DNA of 64,000 nt from an uncultured Candidatus Saccharibacteria bacterium (GCA_964544935.1 CAZJDZ010000004.1:15802-79801); one strand, 5' to 3'. Numbered from the stretch's first letter, positions 28,082-38,823 are shown. The notes: generated by a model from the letters alone, not told the origin. Numbers and translations: made by a program.

Positions 28082-31000
28082 TTAAGCATTCTTTGCTTGA
28101 GTGGCGACTTTTAGTGCTCTATCAAATAACTGACTGAGAGTCTCCTCTTTGTTGTTAACAGAAGTATCTTTTTGTTCTGATTCAACAATAAGTTTCAAGA
28201 TCTGAATAATACTGCAAAGATCCCTTCTTTCTTCGTTCGTAATACCATATACACCATCTGATGAATTAAGTAAATCATATACACGCATTGAAGATGTTTT
28301 TGTTAATGTTGCTGCGTTCCCTTTTTCAAGTGTTGTATATGGTGAATACTTTTTTATAAATGTATAGAAGTCATACTGTTTTGTATTGAGAAGATCATCA
28401 ACAAAAGATTCTATAGTAAAATCTTTGTTTTTTTCAAAATCATTTTTTTTAAGTGTAATCTGGTTGTACCGATACTTGAGATCATCTGTCCAAGAAACCG
28501 CCTCCCCAAGAGTAGCTGCTCTTCTTGGTGTGCCAACAGCGGATTCTTCTTCTTTTTTAAGCAATAACCCAACCCCCGCTCCGGATGCCATTACTGCTGC
28601 GGTAGCAATTGCAAAAGCAAACCGTTGCCAAGGTTTTAGATTTTTAAGATCTGTGTTTTTAAAACGAGTTGAACGAGTTGCAAGAAGAGTATCAACAGCT
28701 TTTTGCTTGAGAAGCCTTTCATTATTTGATTCAGGTAGAATAGCAGCTTGCTCTGGAATAGGAATCTCTTCTTCTACAGGGGTTGCACCAGACATAACAA
28801 ATTCTGCGTGTTTGATCCCTTCTTGATGTATGTCATCTCTCGTAACTGAACGCACCATGCCTTCATGATGGTTAGGAACAACTTTTTGAGTAAGTAGAGA
28901 TTCTTCTTTACGCTTCGCACTAAGTTCCTCATCAGTCATATTTTTTTCATCCGGCATTTTTCTACTTCTTTGTGCAAGATCATAATCCATCTTAGCAGAT
29001 AGATTAAACAAACCAGTCGGACGATCTTTTCCAACTGCATCCATAGAGGGGTCATGTGCTGGGCTGTAGGTTTGTCTATATTTTCTATCTATTACACCTG
29101 GAGCATAATCTTTCAGAGGGATGCTCCTCTCTTTGAATTCCCTTCTTTGAGAGAATTCAAAATGTTCGTCTTCCAATTTTGTTATAAGATTTCTCGCTTC
29201 TTCTAGATCTGTTGTTAGTTTCAGTACTTTAGTTACATCTTTGCCTCCCTCCTCTTCAAGTTCTTTTTCCTTATCCCGTATACCGGCCTTTATGGAGTCC
29301 ATCTCTCTTTGTAAATTTTCTAAGTACTCAGCAAAGACAGCCTCAATAGCATCTTTGTTGGGATCATCTCGTCCCCATGTTTTGTTAAGATACAGTTCTT
29401 TGTATTTATCCTTATATTTTTTAAAATTTTCTCTGTGAATATTGATTAGTTCTGCTTGAGCTTGAACCTTCTTGGTGTCTCCTATTTCTTTTATATAAAC
29501 ACCTTTACCTGCTTGTTCTCTCCTCCATTCTCCTGCTGTGGTTCTTCTTCCTCCGGCACGGAGTACTATTGCGGTGTCGGGTGCCCTCTTCACCACCCCT
29601 CCTTGAGTTATCTTGAGATGATTTTCAGCTCCTTTAAGTACGTCACGAAAAGCCTTAACCATATTTTTATATTCCGCAGCAAGCACCCCTACTGTTTCAT
29701 TGAGGGTCATTTGTTGTACAATTTGATCCTGTAAAGCACTTAATTTTATTTCTAGGTTTTGAAGAAAGTTTCTCTCTGTTTCGTTTTCAATTCCATCAAA
29801 CAATGAATTTTTAAGAGCAATACCTTCCATGTGATCTTTCTGGCTTTCCTTAAAAGATACCTCAAGTGCTTTTTTCGCCTCTTCTTGTACCCGAAGTTCT
29901 TCTTGCCTTTTTACCTCTGCTGCTGTGTACTCTTTCCAAGACTCTTCTGCCTCAACTATTCTATTTCGAAATACCTCAAGGAGAACAAAAACACCCTCTG
30001 TGTTTTTTTCAGATAACGCACGTAGAATTTCATTTTTTGCTTCGATAAGTTCTCCATATTTTGCTATTTTCTGTAGACTCTCTCTGGAAGTTTTGCCTTT
30101 AAAAAATGTAAGATATACAGCCATTTCCTGATCAAAATTTGTTTTTATTCTTGCCCAAGCATCACCATCATCAAGCTTCTCTCCACCAAAAAACCAAACA
30201 CCATTTTTGGCTGTAGTGATTGTTTTAGGCCAACCGCTCCAAATATCAAGACTAATACTTGGGTTCTTTGGTTGTTTGACAGGAGCGATTTCTACTGGTT
30301 CAGGTTGTTTAGGTTTTGGCGCATCTTCTAAAAATGTTTTTGCTTTTTCTTGTGCTCCACTGATTTGACGTTCGAGAGTTCTAAGACCTGCTTCAAAAGC
30401 TCCAAAAGCATAAGGAGAAGGGTCTTTTTGTAAGTCGTTACGTAGACGAGTAACGTCCTCTATTTGTTTTTCGATAAAGTCTGTATGAAATATAGGTAGA
30501 TTAAAATCATCCCCTAGAGTTTTTTTGAGAGAATCAGCTTCATCAAGTAAGGCAGTATATTGTTCAGAAAGAAGTTTTATTTTTTCTGCAGTACTTACTA
30601 GTGATTCCTCTCCTTGTGCTTTTTCTCCATCTTTAATAAGCGTTTCAAACTGATCGAGTAATTCCTCAAGAGCATCAAGCGCAAGAGGTGTTTTTTCGGT
30701 GTCGATGTCTATTTCTGGAGATTTTTCTAACCACTCTAGACTTTCAAATGCAGTATTAATAGCATTAAAAATAACAGTCTTTTTGTCTTGGTCTGTTATG
30801 ATACTCATTTTTGGTTGCAGTAATTCAAAACGCTGTTCTAGTTTCCCAAAATGACGAGCGAACATAGTGCGCTCTTGAAGTTTTTTAGCGTCTACTATTT
30901 TCTCATTTTCTGGCTCCTCATCATCAACCTCTTGAACAAGTTTTAGAGGATTACCTTCAGCGTCTCTTTCAATAACAATACCGGCATCCCTTGCCAGTCT

Positions 31001-31300
31001 TCCAAGCTCGAGAAGTTCCCCCTCTTCCTTTCCTCTTTTTTTAGGGCCAAGCTCCATCCCGACATTTTTGCTGTAAGGTGTTTTTAGAATCTTTGCGGTT
31101 GTTTCTTGTGGAAAAGCCTTCTCTTTTTTGGTATATATTGTAAATGTACCTGCTTTCTGTGGTGAAAAACGATTAAACGGGCCAGCTGTTCCAGATTGCC
31201 TCAAGACTCCCCCATTATTAGGAAGTGTCATAGAACTCTCTCCGTAAGACTCTAGGCCTTTGGAAAAGTCATCACTAGAAGCAGGAAGTTTATCGTCCAT
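28082..31300 (-). CDS. large (1072 aa) coiled-coil protein with one TM helix near the C-terminus
   Basis: extensive heptad-like K/E-rich regions; TM AFAIATAAVMASGAGVGLLL; no catalytic motif seen. Confidence 0.45.
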   Translation of the reverse strand: MDDKLPASSDDFSKGLESYGESSMTLPNNGGVLRQSGTAGPFNRFSPQKAGTFTIYTKKEKAFPQETTAKILKTPYSKNVGMELGPKKRGKEEGELLELGRLARDAGIVIERDAEGNPLKLVQEVDDEEPENEKIVDAKKLQERTMFARHFGKLEQRFELLQPKMSIITDQDKKTVIFNAINTAFESLEWLEKSPEIDIDTEKTPLALDALEELLDQFETLIKDGEKAQGEESLVSTAEKIKLLSEQYTALLDEADSLKKTLGDDFNLPIFHTDFIEKQIEDVTRLRNDLQKDPSPYAFGAFEAGLRTLERQISGAQEKAKTFLEDAPKPKQPEPVEIAPVKQPKNPSISLDIWSGWPKTITTAKNGVWFFGGEKLDDGDAWARIKTNFDQEMAVYLTFFKGKTSRESLQKIAKYGELIEAKNEILRALSEKNTEGVFVLLEVFRNRIVEAEESWKEYTAAEVKRQEELRVQEEAKKALEVSFKESQKDHMEGIALKNSLFDGIENETERNFLQNLEIKLSALQDQIVQQMTLNETVGVLAAEYKNMVKAFRDVLKGAENHLKITQGGVVKRAPDTAIVLRAGGRRTTAGEWRREQAGKGVYIKEIGDTKKVQAQAELINIHRENFKKYKDKYKELYLNKTWGRDDPNKDAIEAVFAEYLENLQREMDSIKAGIRDKEKELEEEGGKDVTKVLKLTTDLEEARNLITKLEDEHFEFSQRREFKERSIPLKDYAPGVIDRKYRQTYSPAHDPSMDAVGKDRPTGLFNLSAKMDYDLAQRSRKMPDEKNMTDEELSAKRKEESLLTQKVVPNHHEGMVRSVTRDDIHQEGIKHAEFVMSGATPVEEEIPIPEQAAILPESNNERLLKQKAVDTLLATRSTRFKNTDLKNLKPWQRFAFAIATAAVMASGAGVGLLLKKEEESAVGTPRRAATLGEAVSWTDDLKYRYNQITLKKNDFEKNKDFTIESFVDDLLNTKQYDFYTFIKKYSPYTTLEKGNAATLTKTSSMRVYDLLNSSDGVYGITNEERRDLCSIIQILKLIVESEQKDTSVNNKEETLSQLFDRALKVATQAKNA

Positions 31301-31571
31301 AGATAGCCCCAGTATACTTTAATTTACAAGTCTTTTAGACCACTTCTCCACATCTATAGGGGTACAATTCTATTGTACTTACCAAGTACAATTTGGTATA
31401 CTAGGGGCACACTCCTTACAGGGGGAAATTCTTGACAAAAATTTCTTATGTATTATTACAAAGAAATTTTTTGTCTTCATCAAAAAGAATTATAGTTTCT
31501 ATAATTTTACCAAACTTATTGTAGTAGATACTCAAAAACGCTTCCATAGAGCGTCATATACCGCCCCCTTT

Positions 31572-32582
31572 TTGGCAATTTTGGTTGCTTTTACTCCCGT
31601 CTCCCCTGCATCTGCAGGAGTAATTAGTAATTTTACTGATAAAGTAAAGGCTATTTTTGTCGAAACACCTCTTCCTGAAGAAGAAGTGTCTCTTGCTACC
31701 ACACAAACAATGGCACTATTCAAGCCAACTATTATTGATGGAACAACAACTGATGGCGCTGAAGAAGCTATGAATCTTGAGCAAGATTCTCTTCAAGCAG
31801 TTTCAGGACCACTTCGAGTTTCAACAGAAGATGTTGATTTTCCAACAACTGATATAATTAGTGTGTATGAGGTTAAAAAAGGAGACACACTCCAGACAGT
31901 TGCAAAACTTTTTAATGTTTCAGTGAACACAATTATGTGGGCGAACAATCTCACCTCTAAAACAATTTCAAAAGGAGATACTCTTGTTATTTTGCCTGTT
32001 ACAGGAATCAAGCATCTAGTTAAAAAAGGAGACACTATCGCATCTGTTGCAAAGAAGTACAAAGCTGACGAACAGGATATCGCAAGTTATAACGGTTTAG
32101 CTGTGGATGCAGAACTTGCAGTGAGCGATACAGTTATTGTTCCTGATGGTGAAATTGAAATTATTCAAGCTGCCCCAAAAACATCAAAGTCAAAGTCAAA
32201 GCCGCGAGTTCTCAACAGTTACACATATTCAGCCCCTTCTGGTTTTCTTGTTAGGCCTGTGGTTGGAGGGCGTAAGTCTCAAGGGATTCATGGGCATAAC
32301 GGTGTAGATATAGCTGCAAGTATTGGGACTCCTGTTCTTGCGTCAGCATCTGGTCGTGTGATTATCGCTAGACTTGGTGGATACAACGGAGGATATGGAA
32401 ATATGATTATTATTTCTCATGATAAAGGGGTTCAGACGGTATATGGTCACCTTAATGCTATTAATGTGACACAAGGTCAGACGGTTACACAAGGTCAACA
32501 GATTGGAGAAGTTGGTAATACAGGAAGATCAACAGGTTCCCATCTTCACTTTGAAGTTCGTGGTGCAAAAAATCCATTTTAG
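31572..32582 (+). CDS. LysM-domain M23 family peptidoglycan endopeptidase
   Basis: two LysM repeats (YEVKKGDTLQTVAKLFNVSVNTI..., HLVKKGDTIASVAKKY...); M23 HNGVDIAA...GSHLHFEV motifs; TTG start as called, signal-peptide-like N-terminus. Confidence 0.8.
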   Translation: MAILVAFTPVSPASAGVISNFTDKVKAIFVETPLPEEEVSLATTQTMALFKPTIIDGTTTDGAEEAMNLEQDSLQAVSGPLRVSTEDVDFPTTDIISVYEVKKGDTLQTVAKLFNVSVNTIMWANNLTSKTISKGDTLVILPVTGIKHLVKKGDTIASVAKKYKADEQDIASYNGLAVDAELAVSDTVIVPDGEIEIIQAAPKTSKSKSKPRVLNSYTYSAPSGFLVRPVVGGRKSQGIHGHNGVDIAASIGTPVLASASGRVIIARLGGYNGGYGNMIIISHDKGVQTVYGHLNAINVTQGQTVTQGQQIGEVGNTGRSTGSHLHFEVRGAKNPF

Positions 32583-32593
32583 TTAAATAATAT

Positions 32594-33106
32594 ATGAAAC
32601 CCCTTAAACTCACTATTAAAAAATTTTCATATAGGTATGCTCAAATTTTTTCAAAATTACGAAGAGATATAGATAACGAATCAGAGTATGTGCTTGGGAA
32701 TAAGGGAGAAAGAAAAGAAAATGCTCTACATGTTATTGTTAGACTTTTGATTAGTCAAAGAAGAATGGTTACTTTTTTAGCATTTGATGATGATTTTGTG
32801 ATCGGGTATGTAAGTCTTGTTTTCCCAAGATTTTCAAAAATGAAAGGAAACACATATCTCACTATTTCTGTGCGCGAAGCATACAGAGGTAAAGGTGTAG
32901 GAAGTGCTCTTATGGAAACTGCCGAGAAGTACGCACAAGCACAAGGAATGAGAAGAATAGAGCTTGAAGTTTTTGGAAAAAATAAAAACGCGATTGCGCT
33001 CTATGCAAAGAGAGGGTATGTTGTTGAAGGAACTAAGAAGGATGCTGTGTATAATTTGGGTGCATTTGACGACATCATCATTATGACCAAAAGAATAGGC
33101 GCTTAA
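32594..33106 (+). CDS. GNAT family N-acetyltransferase
   Basis: RGKGVGSALMETAEKYAQAQG acetyl-CoA binding motif; 170 aa. Confidence 0.7.
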   Translation: MKPLKLTIKKFSYRYAQIFSKLRRDIDNESEYVLGNKGERKENALHVIVRLLISQRRMVTFLAFDDDFVIGYVSLVFPRFSKMKGNTYLTISVREAYRGKGVGSALMETAEKYAQAQGMRRIELEVFGKNKNAIALYAKRGYVVEGTKKDAVYNLGAFDDIIIMTKRIGA

Positions 33107-33156
33107 TGTGCTCGATGAAGTACCCTATGATAGGGTTTGAGGAATAAAAGATTAAG

Positions 33157-33188
33157 AAAGGGCGACACCGAAGGTGTCGCCCTTTTTT
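33157..33188. terminator. bidirectional intrinsic terminator (AAAGGGCGACACC-GAAG-GGTGTCGCCCTTTTTT)
   Basis: between convergent GNAT (+) and yifB (-); inner stem identical to the 10158 hairpin. Confidence 0.6.
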
Positions 33189-33227
33189 AATAGTCTTACA
33201 AACAAAGTGTTCTTTTTTATCTTCTTC

Positions 33228-34784
33228 CTATAATCTGTCCTGATACAATTTTGGTCTGTATTGAAATGCCTCAAGAATATCAGCTTCTGCAATGGTTGCT
33301 GATCCTCTGTAGTCTGCAATGGTTCTTGCAAGACGAAGCACGCGGTGATATGCACGTGGAGAAAGTGTATATGTGGTTGCTAGTTTTTTCATGAGCTGTA
33401 AACAGGTTTCATCAAGCATGATATATTTTGCGATATCCTTTGCCCCCATGTCTTTATTTTTTGAGATACGAGTACTTCCAGATGTATGAAAACGGTTTCG
33501 AGCGAAATCTCGTGCATTCTTAACACGCACCCGCACGGTGTCACTCCCTTCAACTTCTTGTGTATGGGCAAGCGTATCATAATCTATATGCTGCACAGGT
33601 ACCCACATATCGATACGGTCCATGATTGGGCCTGAGAGTTTGCGAGCGTATCTATCTATGTCTGATGGTTTACAGATACATTTCTTCTGCTTACTTCCCA
33701 TATATCCGCACGGACATGGATTCATTGATGCGATAAGTGTGCATGATGCAGGAAATGTAAAAGATCCTTTTGCTCGCGAAACAGTGATATGTCCCTCCTC
33801 TAACGGTTCCCTGAGTGATTCGATAACTCGTTTATCGAACTCAGGAAATTCATCCAAGAAAAGTACACCAAGATGAGACAAGGTTACTTCTCCTGGACGA
33901 GGATTAGTCCCTCCTCCAACAAGAGAGACATGCGAAGATGTATGGTGAGGACTGCGAAGCGGTGGATGAGTGATGAGTGTTGTATCTTTGCCGACAAGTG
34001 AATGAATACGAGTGACAACAAGCGCTTCTTCTTCTGTGAGTGGTGGAAGAATTCCTGTGAAAGCTCGAGCAAGCATAGTCTTTCCAGTTCCTGGTGGTCC
34101 GTAGAGTGCAATGTTATGTCCACCAGCTGCCGCTATCTCAAGTGCACGTTTTGCAGATTCTTGACCTTTGATATCTTTGAAATCTAAAAAAGAATTTGGT
34201 CTCTGGTATGTCAGTGTAGTCTTTTTTTCTGGGGTGAGTTCCGCAATTGTTTGGTTATTTTCTAAAGTTCCTCCTACATGAAGAATAATATCAGTAAGTG
34301 TTTTACATCCATACACAGTAAGTCCCTCAATAAGTGCAGCCTCTTCTCTGTTAGTGTAGGGCACATACAGTGCACGAGCCCCATGCTTTTTTGCGTACGC
34401 TGCAATAACAAGAATTCCTTTCATGGGAAGAATTTCTCCAGTAAGTGAAAGTTCTCCTACGAACCATCCGACACCAGAAGCAATTTTGAGCTGTTTTGAG
34501 GCAGCAAGATATGCGAGAGCAATTGGTACATCAAAATGTGACCCTTCTTTTTTAACATTTGCAGGACTGAGTGACACAATTACTTTTTGATTTTCTGTTT
34601 TTGGATTTCGGGCGCCTATATTTTTAAGTGCGGCGATGATTCTATCTTTACTCTCATCAATTGCTTTATCGGGAAGTCCTACAATAGAAAAAGAGTAGAG
34701 TCCTGAAGAGACATCAACTTCAACAGTTACTTTCTCGGCTTCTAACCCAACGATGTGAGCACAGGATATTGTGGCAACACTCAT
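33228..34784 (-). CDS. YifB/ComM-family Mg-chelatase-like AAA+ ATPase
   Basis: N-terminal Lon-protease-like domain, Walker A GPPGTGKTMLA, C-terminal ComM region; 518 aa. Confidence 0.85.
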   Translation of the reverse strand: MSVATISCAHIVGLEAEKVTVEVDVSSGLYSFSIVGLPDKAIDESKDRIIAALKNIGARNPKTENQKVIVSLSPANVKKEGSHFDVPIALAYLAASKQLKIASGVGWFVGELSLTGEILPMKGILVIAAYAKKHGARALYVPYTNREEAALIEGLTVYGCKTLTDIILHVGGTLENNQTIAELTPEKKTTLTYQRPNSFLDFKDIKGQESAKRALEIAAAGGHNIALYGPPGTGKTMLARAFTGILPPLTEEEALVVTRIHSLVGKDTTLITHPPLRSPHHTSSHVSLVGGGTNPRPGEVTLSHLGVLFLDEFPEFDKRVIESLREPLEEGHITVSRAKGSFTFPASCTLIASMNPCPCGYMGSKQKKCICKPSDIDRYARKLSGPIMDRIDMWVPVQHIDYDTLAHTQEVEGSDTVRVRVKNARDFARNRFHTSGSTRISKNKDMGAKDIAKYIMLDETCLQLMKKLATTYTLSPRAYHRVLRLARTIADYRGSATIAEADILEAFQYRPKLYQDRL

Positions 34785-35545
34785 TAGTGAAGTATAGCAC
34801 TCTTGAGTGCAAGAATACCTTCTTTACTATTTGAAATGAGAAGTGTATTGCTTCCTACGAAAGCATAGACAACTGCCTTGCCATCTTTTGACCATACACG
34901 CATATTTTGGTTAGAAATAGTTATATCATAAAAAGCAGAGGTTACAGGAGGAGGTGTCGGCACTTCAACAGGTGTTGATGTTGCTTTAGTTGTTGTTGCT
35001 GTTTTTTGTGTTGAAGTGGCGGTAGTAGTAGTTGCTGTCGTTGTTGTGGCGTTAGTTTGTGTTGGTGTTGTGGTTGCAATAACAGGAGAAACTATACCAA
35101 AAAGTAAAGCAAGTTCATCTATGTACGAGGTTTCATTTCTCGTCATGTATGCAAACACAGCTGAGTAATCGCTAATAGTTACTATGTATCCTTGGTCCTT
35201 CTTTTCAACTTTAGTAATAAAACGCCCTATTTGACCTGAAAGTGTCGGAGAGATAGTTTGCATATCAGAAATTACTTTTGGAATCGTAGGGAGAGGCGTC
35301 TCCTGCGTAACTGGAGCAGCTGTATCTTCTTTAAAATAAAAATAACCAAGAACTCCGAACCCAAGGAGGCAAAGTATAAAAAATGCAACAAGTGCTATTA
35401 AAAAAACAGGCTGCTTTGTAGGAGAATCTGCGGTGGGAATATTACCAACATCGTTTGATGCAGCAGAAATCCCTGTAAGCGAAGCCTCCTTCCTTTTTAT
35501 TTCTGTAGCAATATCTTGTTCAAAGGTGTCGACTTTAGGCATCAT
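34784..35545 (-). CDS. hypothetical membrane-anchored protein with Thr-rich low-complexity repeat
   Basis: TM FLIALVAFFILCLLGFGVLGYFYF; TTTPTQTNATTTTATTTTATSTQKTATTTKATST tract. Confidence 0.4.
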   Translation of the reverse strand: MMPKVDTFEQDIATEIKRKEASLTGISAASNDVGNIPTADSPTKQPVFLIALVAFFILCLLGFGVLGYFYFKEDTAAPVTQETPLPTIPKVISDMQTISPTLSGQIGRFITKVEKKDQGYIVTISDYSAVFAYMTRNETSYIDELALLFGIVSPVIATTTPTQTNATTTTATTTTATSTQKTATTTKATSTPVEVPTPPPVTSAFYDITISNQNMRVWSKDGKAVVYAFVGSNTLLISNSKEGILALKSAILH

Positions 35546-35625
35546 ATGTTTAGTAGTGTATCAGAAAATACACCCACATTTTTATTGTGAGTGTATTTCA
35601 TGTGAATAGATGGAAACCGGTTCTT

Positions 35626-36267
35626 TTATAGTGTTACGTTAGATGATGGAGGAGTATCCCCGCTAAATATTCCAAGGTCTTCATCTGAAAATTCTTTTCG
35701 AACAACTTTTTTACCATGCGGTTTTGTTTTCTTTGCTGCAGACGGAGCACGACGGACACGGTACCCCATAAGATATTTTTCTGGATGGTCACACATATCT
35801 ATAAAATCTTCGCATGCTTCACGGAGTTTTGTAGAAGATGATCTACCAAAAGAAATAACCTCAACTTGGACACCGAAGTGCTCTTTTAAGAAGTTAACAA
35901 GCGGAACGAAGTCCCCATCCCCTGTTGCAAGCACGATAGTGTCTACTTTTGGAGCAAGACGAATTGCGTCAACGGCAAGACCAACATCCCAGTCTGCTTT
36001 CTTTGCCCCTCCATAAAATATCTGAAGGTCTTTTGTTTTTGTTTCGATGCCGAGCTTGGTCAGAGCTTCAAAGAATTGAGTCTCGTCCCCCGCTTCGGTG
36101 GTGATAACATAGGCAATTGCACGGATAAGCTTACGCTTACCGAGTGCGTTTTCCATAATTGCTCCGAAGTTTACTTTGGTATTATAGAGATTTTTTGCGC
36201 TGTGGTATAAATTTTGTGTATCAATAAAAATTGCGACACGCTGGTCGCTGTGTTTAATAACTGACAT
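35626..36267 (-). CDS. NYN/LabA-like (PIN-related) domain protein with basic C-terminal tail
   Basis: VAIFIDTQNLYHS...IVLATGDGDFVPLV pattern of the LabA/NYN family. Confidence 0.6.
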   Translation of the reverse strand: MSVIKHSDQRVAIFIDTQNLYHSAKNLYNTKVNFGAIMENALGKRKLIRAIAYVITTEAGDETQFFEALTKLGIETKTKDLQIFYGGAKKADWDVGLAVDAIRLAPKVDTIVLATGDGDFVPLVNFLKEHFGVQVEVISFGRSSSTKLREACEDFIDMCDHPEKYLMGYRVRRAPSAAKKTKPHGKKVVRKEFSDEDLGIFSGDTPPSSNVTL

Positions 36268-36411
36268 ATATGGTGCTAAGGTGTAGCGTATAGTGCGTAG
36301 CGTATAAAAAAGTACAGCACATAAAAAGCTACACAGGTATAAAAATTATTTAAAAAATAGAAACTATAGTTAGTATACACCTACAAAGAATGTTCTTCCT
36401 GTGTAAATGAA

Positions 36412-36436
36412 GAAATGACGCGTACAGCGTCATTTC
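36412..36436 (-). terminator. intrinsic terminator (GAAATGACGC-GTACA-GCGTCATTTC)
   Basis: downstream of rpsO on the minus strand. Confidence 0.45.
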
Positions 36437-36465
36437 TTCTGGTTAACAGCTGGTGACTGTTGTGT

Positions 36466-36729
36466 TTACTTAAGTCCGAGTTTTGTAACGAGGGCGGTGT
36501 AACGCTTCTTGTTACTGGTCTCAAGATACTTAAGGTGTGAACGACGATCAGCAACCATCTGAATAAGTCCACGACGTGAGTGATTATCCTTTGCGTGTGT
36601 CTTAAGATGATTAGTGAGTTCAGTGATTTTTTTACTCAAAATAGATACCTGAACCTCTGGAGATCCTGTATCTTTTGCGTGAATTTGAACGTTTTTGATG
36701 GCAGTAGCCTTTTTCTTAGATGTAAGCAT
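36466..36729 (-). CDS. rpsO: 30S ribosomal protein S15
   Basis: 87 aa, GSPEVQVSILSKKITELTNHLKTHAKDNHSRRGLIQMVADRR typical S15. Confidence 0.9.
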   Translation of the reverse strand: MLTSKKKATAIKNVQIHAKDTGSPEVQVSILSKKITELTNHLKTHAKDNHSRRGLIQMVADRRSHLKYLETSNKKRYTALVTKLGLK

Positions 36730-37007
36730 AATATATAACTATTGCCACATCATATCATATATTGTATAAAAAAGCAACCCCCAGCGGGCAGGGTTTAGGA
36801 GTTGGGGTTTAGGAGCTAGAAAACTATTAAATATAAGAGTTTTTACAAAATAGAAGAAATTTTAGCTTGGCTAACCCTTTAACCCATTTTTTCCATACTA
36901 TTATTTTCCGACATTGGGATATACTTAAGAGAATATAGAAGACAGAGTATAGAATTTAGTATTTTCTATCTTCTAAAATCTATCCTCTAATTTCTATCCT
37001 CTGCCAC

Positions 37008-37952
37008 ATGTCTTCCCTCTTTTCCCTCAAACAAGATTTTCTTCAGTACATAGAAATTGAAAAAGGTCGCAGTGCTCTTACTGTGCGTAACTACGACCAT
37101 TATCTGACTCGATTTTTGGATTTTGCAAAAGTAGATTCCCCTTCAGATATTACTGAAAGCATGATGCGAGAATACCGCGTGTATCTTAATCGTCATCCAG
37201 CACGGGAAGCAAAAAAAGGACAAGCCCAAGATACTCTTGATAAAAAGACTCAGAACTACCATCTCATAGCACTTCGGGCATTCTTTAAATATATTAGAAA
37301 ACGTGGTGTACAAGGGTATGACCCAGAACGTATTGAGTTAGCTAAGACATCACAGCGTGAGCTTGACCTTATCTCTGAAAAAGAATTAAACGAACTTCTC
37401 TCTGCTCCTGATACAGGAACAATCGCAGGGCTTCGTGATAAAGCTATCTTGGAACTTTTTTTCTCAACAGGGCTTCGTGTGTCTGAGCTATGCTCACTCG
37501 ATAGAGATATAGATCTTGGTAATGGTGAGATATCTGTTCGAGGAAAAGGTGGAAAAATTCGCGTGGTATTTATTTCTGGCTCTGCTCATGCAGCAGTAAA
37601 AGCATATATTAAGAACCGCGTTGATATTGATGAAGCGATGTTCATCGACCACTCCCCTCGTGCACATTCTCGTATGGTGCAAGAAGAGTCAGTCAGACTT
37701 ACCCCTAGGAGTGTCGAACGAACTGTGCAGAAATATGCAGAGCGTGTCGGTATCGCCAAGAAGTGTACCCCTCACGTACTACGTCACTCGTTCGCAACTG
37801 ATCTTCTTTATAACGGTGCTGACCTTCGTACTGTACAGATGATGCTTGGGCATGCATCAATCGCAACAACGCAGATTTATACAAATGTCACTAACAAGTT
37901 CCTCAGAGATCAGTATGAAAAGTTTCACGGGAAGAAAAAGAAAGAAGAGTAG
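37008..37952 (+). CDS. tyrosine recombinase XerC/XerD family
   Basis: HVLRHSFATDLL...LGHASIATTQIYTNV catalytic region (R-H-R-Y), N-terminal core-binding domain; 314 aa. Confidence 0.85.
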   Translation: MSSLFSLKQDFLQYIEIEKGRSALTVRNYDHYLTRFLDFAKVDSPSDITESMMREYRVYLNRHPAREAKKGQAQDTLDKKTQNYHLIALRAFFKYIRKRGVQGYDPERIELAKTSQRELDLISEKELNELLSAPDTGTIAGLRDKAILELFFSTGLRVSELCSLDRDIDLGNGEISVRGKGGKIRVVFISGSAHAAVKAYIKNRVDIDEAMFIDHSPRAHSRMVQEESVRLTPRSVERTVQKYAERVGIAKKCTPHVLRHSFATDLLYNGADLRTVQMMLGHASIATTQIYTNVTNKFLRDQYEKFHGKKKKEE

Positions 37953-38031
37953 CTGGAAACATTTTTTTGACATGTGCATATTTTTATAGTATTATAAAGT
38001 CCGTTCTGATCTTTGAAGAAAGGTTCTCATC

Positions 38032-38736
38032 ATGAGTTCACCACAAGGTACTCAAGAGGTAAGTCATCTGTTTCTTGATATCAGTGGACCCCCATTGTCG
38101 CCCGAAGGTTCTTCTCGCAATGTTGGAAGACTGCTTCGAAACTCTCGTTTAACGATTGTCAAAATTCCAAAAGAAATTTTCTCCCCTATCCCTTTTGAAG
38201 TGACGACGAGCGAATCTACAACCTTGTTAGCTGAGAAGAATAAAGGAATCGCTGTTGGAGATATTGTTCCAAGAACAAATTCTACATTCATTAAGGATTT
38301 GTTTGTCATTGATGATGTCACTTTGATTGCTGTTACTCAGTCAGGAACAGTATTTTTGATGAGAGTGTATGGTGTGCCATACAAAAAATATACCGCAGAC
38401 GCTACGACTGTCATCGAAACACCTGCTCTCTTGGATCATTCAGGTGAAGTAGATGTTTTGTTGCCCCTTGAAGATGTTTATCTGAAAGGTAAGGATATCA
38501 GCGTGGTTCGTTTCGAACCCAAGATTTTTGAAGGAGATGCAATTAAGACATCACAGTCTGCGACAATTGTTCCCCGCACCTTGAATACAGGTGTATCAGT
38601 TGGGTTTCCTGTTCCAAAATCAGGGTCCAATACTGTTATTCAAGTCTTCCCTGTTTCATGCGATAAGGTTATTGCGATCACTGAATCTGGAGCAATGTAC
38701 TTCATCGCAAATCGAGAAAAAATTAAAAAAACATGA
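38032..38736 (+). CDS. hypothetical protein
   Basis: 234 aa, no motif recognised; followed by hairpin terminator. Confidence 0.35.
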   Translation: MSSPQGTQEVSHLFLDISGPPLSPEGSSRNVGRLLRNSRLTIVKIPKEIFSPIPFEVTTSESTTLLAEKNKGIAVGDIVPRTNSTFIKDLFVIDDVTLIAVTQSGTVFLMRVYGVPYKKYTADATTVIETPALLDHSGEVDVLLPLEDVYLKGKDISVVRFEPKIFEGDAIKTSQSATIVPRTLNTGVSVGFPVPKSGSNTVIQVFPVSCDKVIAITESGAMYFIANREKIKKT

Positions 38737-38757
38737 AAAGAAGTATCCATGTCTTGT

Positions 38758-38788
38758 GGAAGCCCGTCGCTTGCGACGGGCTTTTTAT
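38758..38788 (+). terminator. intrinsic terminator (GAAGCCCGTCGC-TTGC-GACGGGCTTTTT)
   Basis: after 38032-38736. Confidence 0.5.
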
Positions 38789-38823
38789 ATGCCTGTTTAT
38801 GAAATTTGGTATACTTCTATACT

